From Bacilli bacterium (GTDB lineage Bacteria; Bacillota_I; Bacilli_A; RFN20; UBA1709), in assembly GCA_045600465.1 (NCBI GenBank), contig JAZRXY010000012.1:6358-70357 (forward strand): 64,000 bases of DNA. Direction: 5' to 3'. Positions 58,262 to 64,000 of the stretch are shown here, piece after piece (the stretch's first letter is position 1; each line of letters starts with the position of its first letter). The position numbers were made by a program, and so were the translations under genes. A model generated the notes under the pieces. That model ran no database searches. It worked only from the letters and a program-made list of their open reading frames with translations, and was not told the DNA's origin.

Positions 58262-59627
58262 CCATTTTTTCTTTTTCTGCTTTAGTTTTCTTAATGGCGC
58301 GATCTCTAATTTGTTTTTTGATATCGTTTTTTATCATCTCACGATGATATTTTTGTTTAACTTTTTCAATTGCAGCATCTCTTTTTTTCTTATATCCAGG
58401 TTTAACTTTGCCTTTTTTAGATTCATTGATGATTCTTTGAATTTTAGCATATTCTGGATGTTTCTTATTGGATTTAACATGAGTTTTAAATAATGGTTTT
58501 AAGTTAACTATTTTGCCATTTTGGAATTCTTTGTTTTCAAAATTTACCCCTAATTTATGAAGTCTTTCTAGATATTTAATTTCATCTTTTGAATATAATG
58601 AATAGCAATCGCCATCAAAACTTGCTCTACCTGTTCTACCAGAACGGTGGAAGTAGAATTCTTGTTCATAAGGTAAATCATAATTAATAATGTGACTTAC
58701 ACCTTCAATATCAATACCTCTTGCTGCGATATCACTTGCTACAATGTATCTAAAATCGTTATTTCTAATTCGTTTCATCATAACTCTACGTGTTGTAGCA
58801 TCTAAATCTCCGTGAATAATACCAACATTTTCACCTTTTTCTCTTAAAAATTTATAGATATCATCAACAGTTTCTTTTCTAGATGCAAAGATGATACATA
58901 AATATGGATTAATGTTATTCATTAATTCATATAAAACATCTAATCTATTTTTATTTCTAGTAGGATATGCAATATGTGCTACTTTACCATTGGTTTTATT
59001 TTTATTTAAATCAATAAATTTAGGGTCATCCATATAAACTTTTAGTTCATGAATCAATTTGTTATCCATTGTTGCAGAGAAAGTAAGTATTTGTGTATCC
59101 TTTTTAGCTTTAGATAAAATTAAGCCGACTTCATCGAAAAAGCCATTTTCTAAAATCATATCGGCTTCATCTAACACGATTGTTTTAGCGCTAGTAATAT
59201 TAAATAATGCTTTAGTGAATGCTAAATCAACAACTCTACCTGGGGTTCCAATAACAATATGTGGGCTTTCCTCCACACTATCAATCATCTTAGCTCTATC
59301 TAATCCACCAGAAAGAAGTTTAATTTTTAAACCTTCTAATGAATCACAAAATGGAAGAGCCATTTGGAAAATTTGAATTGCTAGTTCTCTAGTTGGAGCA
59401 AGTATTACTGCTTGAACTTGATGATAATTAATATCAATATTATTTAAAATTGGGAGTAAAAAAGCATGAGTCTTACCTGAACCCGTTTCACTCTTACCAA
59501 TAACATTTTTATGATTTAATGCAAGAGGAATAACCTTATTTTGTATTTCAGTAGGTTTGCTAAATCTAAGTTTGTTTAAAGTAGTTAAAACTTCACTTTT
59601 TAGATTAAACTTTTCAAAACCTTCCAT
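58245..59627 (-). CDS. DEAD-box ATP-dependent RNA helicase (CshB-like) with a basic C-terminal tail
   Basis: Q-motif, Walker A (SETGSGKT), DEAD, SAT, HRSGRTGR. Length 460 aa. Confidence 0.88.
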   Translation of the reverse strand: MEGFEKFNLKSEVLTTLNKLRFSKPTEIQNKVIPLALNHKNVIGKSETGSGKTHAFLLPILNNIDINYHQVQAVILAPTRELAIQIFQMALPFCDSLEGLKIKLLSGGLDRAKMIDSVEESPHIVIGTPGRVVDLAFTKALFNITSAKTIVLDEADMILENGFFDEVGLILSKAKKDTQILTFSATMDNKLIHELKVYMDDPKFIDLNKNKTNGKVAHIAYPTRNKNRLDVLYELMNNINPYLCIIFASRKETVDDIYKFLREKGENVGIIHGDLDATTRRVMMKRIRNNDFRYIVASDIAARGIDIEGVSHIINYDLPYEQEFYFHRSGRTGRASFDGDCYSLYSKDEIKYLERLHKLGVNFENKEFQNGKIVNLKPLFKTHVKSNKKHPEYAKIQRIINESKKGKVKPGYKKKRDAAIEKVKQKYHREMIKNDIKKQIRDRAIKKTKAEKEKMGDYYE

Positions 59628-59698
59628 AATATCCCTCCTTAGACTTAATTATTATACAATAATTAGTAACTATTATCAAAAAATGTTATAATAAAAAT

Positions 59699-60586
59699 AT
59701 GGAAATTATAAGAATTACCCCACAAGGCTACTGTGATGGTGTCATAAACGCTATTGCAAAAATTAAAGACCTTGTAAACAATAATCCTACTACTCCAATT
59801 TATATTTGGGGCCATTTAGTGCATAATGAATTAGTCTCTAAAGCTTTAAAAAAGATGCATGTACAAACACTTGATTCTTCGAAAGATTTAAAGAAAACTT
59901 TAGAAGAACTTAACAAAGGAATTGTTGTTACTAGTGCTCATGGAATTTCTAACAAAGAAATTGAAATCATTAAATCACTAGGTTTTAGCCATTTTGATGC
60001 TACTTGCAATGTTATTAAACATATTCAAGAATTAATCAAAAACGATGTTAAAAATCATGATGTCATCTACATTGGAAATAAAAATCATCCTGAAGTAAAA
60101 GCAATACTTGCAATTTCTAATAAACTACATTCTATAAGTAATGTTAATGATATTAAAAACTTAGAATTAGTTGATACTACCCCAGTAGTATATTGTCAAA
60201 CCACGCTTTCCCATCATGATGTAGCTAATCTATATAGCGAATTAGAAAAAGTTTATCCTAAAGCAATCTTTAACAAGGAAATTTGTAATGCAGTAAGTTT
60301 AAGACAACATGCTTTGATTCATGCTTTAGATGAAGCGAATCTAGTAATAGTAGTAGGGTCTAAATTAAGTTCTAATACTTCATCACTAGTAAAAATTGCT
60401 AAAGAAGCGAATAAAGAAACCATGTTTATTAATAATCCTAAAGAACTAGATCTTAACAAAATAAGTAATCAAGATAAAATCATTATTGTTTCCGGAACTT
60501 CTACTCCAAACTATTTAGTAACAATGGTTGAAGAATATATAAAAACCAAGCAGTTAATACCACTTGGTTATGAATTTATTCTATAG
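59699..60586 (+). CDS. ispH: 4-hydroxy-3-methylbut-2-enyl diphosphate reductase
   Basis: LytB-family sequence with its three conserved Cys (CDGV, C at about 103, C at about 198). Confidence 0.9.
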   Translation: MEIIRITPQGYCDGVINAIAKIKDLVNNNPTTPIYIWGHLVHNELVSKALKKMHVQTLDSSKDLKKTLEELNKGIVVTSAHGISNKEIEIIKSLGFSHFDATCNVIKHIQELIKNDVKNHDVIYIGNKNHPEVKAILAISNKLHSISNVNDIKNLELVDTTPVVYCQTTLSHHDVANLYSELEKVYPKAIFNKEICNAVSLRQHALIHALDEANLVIVVGSKLSSNTSSLVKIAKEANKETMFINNPKELDLNKISNQDKIIIVSGTSTPNYLVTMVEEYIKTKQLIPLGYEFIL

Positions 60587-61247
60587 TTTTAATAAGTTTA
60601 TTAGCTAACGCGATGTTATTTTGAATAATTTCGCGTTTTTTAGTCTCTTTAAGCGGAATTTTAGCCAACAATGTTTCATTGTAAGCAAATTCAAGTTTAA
60701 TTTGTTTTAAAAGCGTTTTATCTTTATATGCTATTAGCAATGGGCCATATTTTAATTCCATTTCAGAATAGTTTCTATTGCCTTTAATAAATCTAACAAT
60801 TGGATAAAATAAATTATTTTCTTCAATCATTACTTCATTATCAATAAGATATCCATTATCAGTTAGATATTTTCTTACTAAATAAGCATCATTATTAGTT
60901 TGGATAATGATAGTGTCACTAAGTTTAGTCTTGCCTTCTTCTAAGATCTTTTTAATGCTTGAGCCACCTAATCCTGCAATCACTATACAATCAAAGCTAT
61001 CATAAACACTTTTTAAGCCATCACTTAAGATACATTTAATGTTTGCTTCAAGTCCAGCGCTAGCAATATCAATTCTGGCTTGGTTTAGGGGACCTTCTAA
61101 AACATCAATAGCAAGTGCTTTTTGACACTTGTTCGTTTTAATAAGTTCAATAGGTAGATAAGCATGATCAGTTCCTACATCTGCAATAATTGCATTATTA
61201 GGGACTAAACTTGCTATACAATTTAATCTTTTGCTATTCATCATCAA
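60576..61247 (-). CDS. trmK: tRNA (adenine22-N1)-methyltransferase TrmK (YqfN)
   Basis: SAM-MTase motif [10 protein letters not shown]. Located downstream of rpoD as in the Bacillus dnaG-sigA-yqfN order. Confidence 0.8.
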   Translation of the reverse strand: MMMNSKRLNCIASLVPNNAIIADVGTDHAYLPIELIKTNKCQKALAIDVLEGPLNQARIDIASAGLEANIKCILSDGLKSVYDSFDCIVIAGLGGSSIKKILEEGKTKLSDTIIIQTNNDAYLVRKYLTDNGYLIDNEVMIEENNLFYPIVRFIKGNRNYSEMELKYGPLLIAYKDKTLLKQIKLEFAYNETLLAKIPLKETKKREIIQNNIALANKLIKTIE

Positions 61248-62499
61248 AATTATTATCGTCTAAATGTCTAGCATCTAAATTGATACTTTCTTTTTCATCA
61301 CGATAATCACCTAATCTTTTAGCTCTGGCAGGGTGTCTTAATTTCTTTAAAGCTTTAGCTTCAATTTGTCTTATTCTTTCACGAGTAACACCAAATTCCT
61401 TACCAACTTCTTCTAGAGTTCTTGGATGTCCATCATCAAGGCCATAACGAAGTTTTAAAACTCTTTCTTCTCTATCGGTTAAGTCTTTCATAACATTATA
61501 TAACTCATCTTTTAGTAAGACATTTGTTGCATATTCTAGTGGAGATAAAGCATCTTTATCTTCCAAGAAATCACCTAGGTGAGAATCATCTTCTTCACCA
61601 ATAGGAGTTTCAAGTGATACTGGTTCTAGGGCAATTCTTTGAATTTCTCTAACTCTAGCAGCACTCATTCCTCCGCCCATACATTCAGCAACTTCTTCCG
61701 CTGTTGGCTCTCTACCCTTTTCTTGAGTTAATTGACGTTGAATTCTAGTCATCTTGTTAATTGTTTCAACCATATGGACTGGAATTCTTATTGTTCTAGC
61801 TTGGTCAGCGATAGCACGGGTAATAGCTTGTCTAATCCACCATGTTGCGTAAGTGGAAAATTTAAATCCTTTTCTAGGATCAAATTTTTCACTAGCTTTG
61901 ATTAAACCAAGGTTTCCTTCTTGAATCAAATCTAGAAAATGCATACCACGACCAATATAGTGTTTAGCAATTGAGACAACAAGTCTTAAGTTAGCACTGA
62001 CAAGTTTTTCTTTAGCTTCTTCATCACCTTGAGCAACTAATTCAGCAATTTTAATCTCTTCATCTTTTGTAAGTAGAGGAACATGACCAATGTTTGCTAA
62101 ATACATTTTGACTGGGTCTTGGACTTTGACTTCATTACTTAAATTTGATTGTCCTGATGTAAAACTTGAAACATCAACATAATCTTCTTCTGGTGATTCA
62201 AAATCTAGGTCATCACTATCTAAATCAGGTTCTTTTGCATTAGGGTTAAAATCCATTTCATCAAGTGAAGATTCATTTTCAACATCGTCTTCGTTGATTA
62301 AAGAATATCCTTTATCAACAAAATAAGAAGTTAATTCTTCAAAGTCATCATCACTTAAGTCTAAATGAGCTGTTTCCTCTAATAAATCAGCGACATAAAT
62401 CTCTTTAGTATCTTTTGCAATCTTTGCAAATTTTGTTTTTACATCTTCAAGAGATTTAATTAATCCGTCACTTAATTTAGTTTTCTTTTTTCCTACCAT
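61234..62499 (-). CDS. rpoD: Primary sigma factor SigA
   Basis: Region 2.4 / 4.2 motifs ([14 protein letters not shown]; TLEEVG). Acidic region 1.1. Length 421 aa. Confidence 0.93.
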   Translation of the reverse strand: MVGKKKTKLSDGLIKSLEDVKTKFAKIAKDTKEIYVADLLEETAHLDLSDDDFEELTSYFVDKGYSLINEDDVENESSLDEMDFNPNAKEPDLDSDDLDFESPEEDYVDVSSFTSGQSNLSNEVKVQDPVKMYLANIGHVPLLTKDEEIKIAELVAQGDEEAKEKLVSANLRLVVSIAKHYIGRGMHFLDLIQEGNLGLIKASEKFDPRKGFKFSTYATWWIRQAITRAIADQARTIRIPVHMVETINKMTRIQRQLTQEKGREPTAEEVAECMGGGMSAARVREIQRIALEPVSLETPIGEEDDSHLGDFLEDKDALSPLEYATNVLLKDELYNVMKDLTDREERVLKLRYGLDDGHPRTLEEVGKEFGVTRERIRQIEAKALKKLRHPARAKRLGDYRDEKESINLDARHLDDNNFDDE

Positions 62500-62511
62500 A
62501 ACATTTACCTC

Positions 62512-64000
62512 CTACTTTTTCTTCTTTTTAGAAAAGAAGATACCTTCTTTTAGTAATTGCTGTTTAGCAAATTCTGCTTGTTTGTGTGGATCTAAAATTG
62601 TTTCTAGTGTTTCTTCATCCTTTTGGATATCCATTTCTTTAGGAAGATCTTCTTTAATAATCTTAAACAAGTCTTCTAATTCCATTGGTGGGTATTTCTC
62701 ATCGATAATATCAAGTAATACCCCGCTTAAATCATTAGGTAGTTCACTTAATACATCTGCTACCACGATTTCTCCATGCATCGTGTAATAATCTAACAAA
62801 TAATTAGCTAATCGACGATTTGCTTCGCTATGAAGAGCAATATCTTCATTTTCGTATTTTGCTGCAGCGATTGGATCATCTAATAAATTCTTAATTATTT
62901 GTCGTTCTATCTTTTCATATCTAGTTAGAACTTTTTTAGGTTCATTATAAACAAATTTCTCATGATAATCGTAAGGCTCATCAATATTTTCAACACTAGC
63001 TTTAATTGGAATATATTTAGCAATCATGCTAGAAGAAAATCCGGACATTTTAGAAATCATAGTTGTGTAATAGTCTTTATCCATTTCATCATTTAAATCT
63101 CCTAATAATTTAGCGGATTTAATGACAAATTCCTTACGGTCTTCATAATTATCAGCATTGATTTGTTTATATAGATAATTAATCTTGAATTCTAGAACAC
63201 TTGTTGTTTGTTTTAATAATTCAAGCAATTTATCCTTACCAAACTTATTGATTATTTCATCACTATCTTTGCACCCTTCAATATTGAATGGTTTTACTAC
63301 CCTAATAGGTTTTGGGTTATTAACTAAGATATCACTTGAATCAAATATAGCTTTTTGACCTGCCCTATCATCATCAAATAGTAAATGAACTTCACAATTT
63401 AGTTTCTTAATTAAATTGGCGTGTTCGTTAGTTAGAGCAACTCCCATCGTAGCAATGACATTATCAACGCCAGCTCTAGATAAGGCAATGGCATCCATAA
63501 ATCCTTCCACTATATAAATCACACCAATTCTTCGACATACTTTTTCACAATTGTAGTAGTTGTATAAAATATTACCTTTTTTGAAGACTGCAGTTTCTGA
63601 TGTATTAATGTATTTTGATTCTTCACTTTCATTTAATCTTCTACCACTAAAACCAACTACTCGGCCAAAAGTATCACAAATAGCAAAAGTAACTCTACCT
63701 TTAATAAAGTCATAAACTTCACCATTAATTTCTTTAGATACCCCACTATAAATAAGATCATCTAAACTAAAGCCTTTTGCTTGAAGATATTTAGTTGTAG
63801 TTTTTGGATCAATTGGTGCATATCCTATTTTAAACTTTTCAATAATCTTACTATCTAGATTTCTACTTTTTAGATAATCTAGAGCAACTAGGCCACTGCT
63901 AGTTTTTAAATTGTAAGCATAGAAAGTTTCAGCCTCTTTTAAAGCGTCGTATAAGTTTTTATTTTTATCATCAATTATTGTTTGCTTATCACTTATATCA
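62512..64000 (-). CDS. dnaG: DNA primase DnaG (N-terminus lies beyond the window edge)
   Basis: TOPRIM motif (IYIVEGFMDAIA) and RNA-polymerase-domain motifs upstream. A manual translation shows the frame stays open to nt 64000. The ORF track truncates it at GTG 63522. Confidence 0.88.
   Translation of the reverse strand, partial: DISDKQTIIDDKNKNLYDALKEAETFYAYNLKTSSGLVALDYLKSRNLDSKIIEKFKIGYAPIDPKTTTKYLQAKGFSLDDLIYSGVSKEINGEVYDFIKGRVTFAICDTFGRVVGFSGRRLNESEESKYINTSETAVFKKGNILYNYYNCEKVCRRIGVIYIVEGFMDAIALSRAGVDNVIATMGVALTNEHANLIKKLNCEVHLLFDDDRAGQKAIFDSSDILVNNPKPIRVVKPFNIEGCKDSDEIINKFGKDKLLELLKQTTSVLEFKINYLYKQINADNYEDRKEFVIKSAKLLGDLNDEMDKDYYTTMISKMSGFSSSMIAKYIPIKASVENIDEPYDYHEKFVYNEPKKVLTRYEKIERQIIKNLLDDPIAAAKYENEDIALHSEANRRLANYLLDYYTMHGEIVVADVLSELPNDLSGVLLDIIDEKYPPMELEDLFKIIKEDLPKEMDIQKDEETLETILDPHKQAEFAKQQLLKEGIFFSKKKKK

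Noticed and set aside
59650-59680. TAATTATT-atac-AATAATTA inverted repeat upstream of ispH as an operator
   Set aside because: It consists solely of A/T and is short. Such palindromes are expected by chance in a roughly 25% GC intergenic region. It shows no similarity to the ispG/nucleotidase operator-like motif.
62512-63522. dnaG appearing as only a 336-aa ORF (possible truncation or pseudogene)
   Set aside because: Manual translation of the minus-strand frame upstream of 63522 stays open, with recognisable primase motifs, all the way to nt 64000. The gene simply runs off the window edge.
1-64000. CRISPR arrays, rRNA genes, transposases, prophage genes
   Set aside because: I saw no regularly spaced short repeats. 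I saw no rRNA-like conserved stretches. I saw no transposase- or integrase-like ORF other than the conserved chromosomal xerD. I saw no phage structural genes.

Overview
This window is a low-GC (about 30%) stretch of core chromosome from a Firmicutes-derived, apparently wall-less bacterium that reads the standard genetic code. TGG encodes Trp and TGA is used as a stop, so it resembles an Acholeplasma or Erysipelotrichia type rather than Mycoplasma. Nearly every gene is housekeeping, and gene order tracks Bacillus subtilis blocks closely, with specific genes dropped. Those blocks are: mutS2-uvrC; ysoA-like/tig/lon/engB; T-box-valS, radC, rplU-prp-rpmA, obg; ruvAB, secDF, apt, relA, hisS-aspS; tkt-yneF; parE-parC; yqeG-yqeH-yhbY-nadD/yqeK-rsfS; and, on the minus strand, deoB-xerD-dinB, recN-tlyA-dxs-xseB-xseA-nusB and nfo-cshB, with ispH, trmK-rpoD-dnaG. 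The absent genes (mreBCD/minCD, clpX, folD, ispA, argR, dtd) fit a cell-wall-less lineage. The MEP isoprenoid pathway genes dxs, ispG and ispH are all present. The only clearly accessory stretch is a tRNA-Arg(TCT) followed by an orphan 191-aa gene and a pair of roughly 105-bp direct repeats carrying palindromes. Other observations worth a second look are: a Cys/His-rich metal-binding-like tail fused to HisS; a roughly 150-nt panhandle leader ending in a terminator upstream of tkt; a short ORF with a double-glycine-leader-like N-terminus between valS and radC; an unannotated 41-codon hydrophobic peptide ORF; an operator-like inverted repeat shared by the ispG and 5'-nucleotidase promoters; a perfect 20-bp palindrome in the nusB divergent promoter region; a GCAACAT-N2-ATGTTGA(G/C) palindrome that recurs in the repeats and in the secDF leader; and a NadD-YqeK fusion. 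No CRISPR, rRNA or transposase was seen. One tRNA is present.
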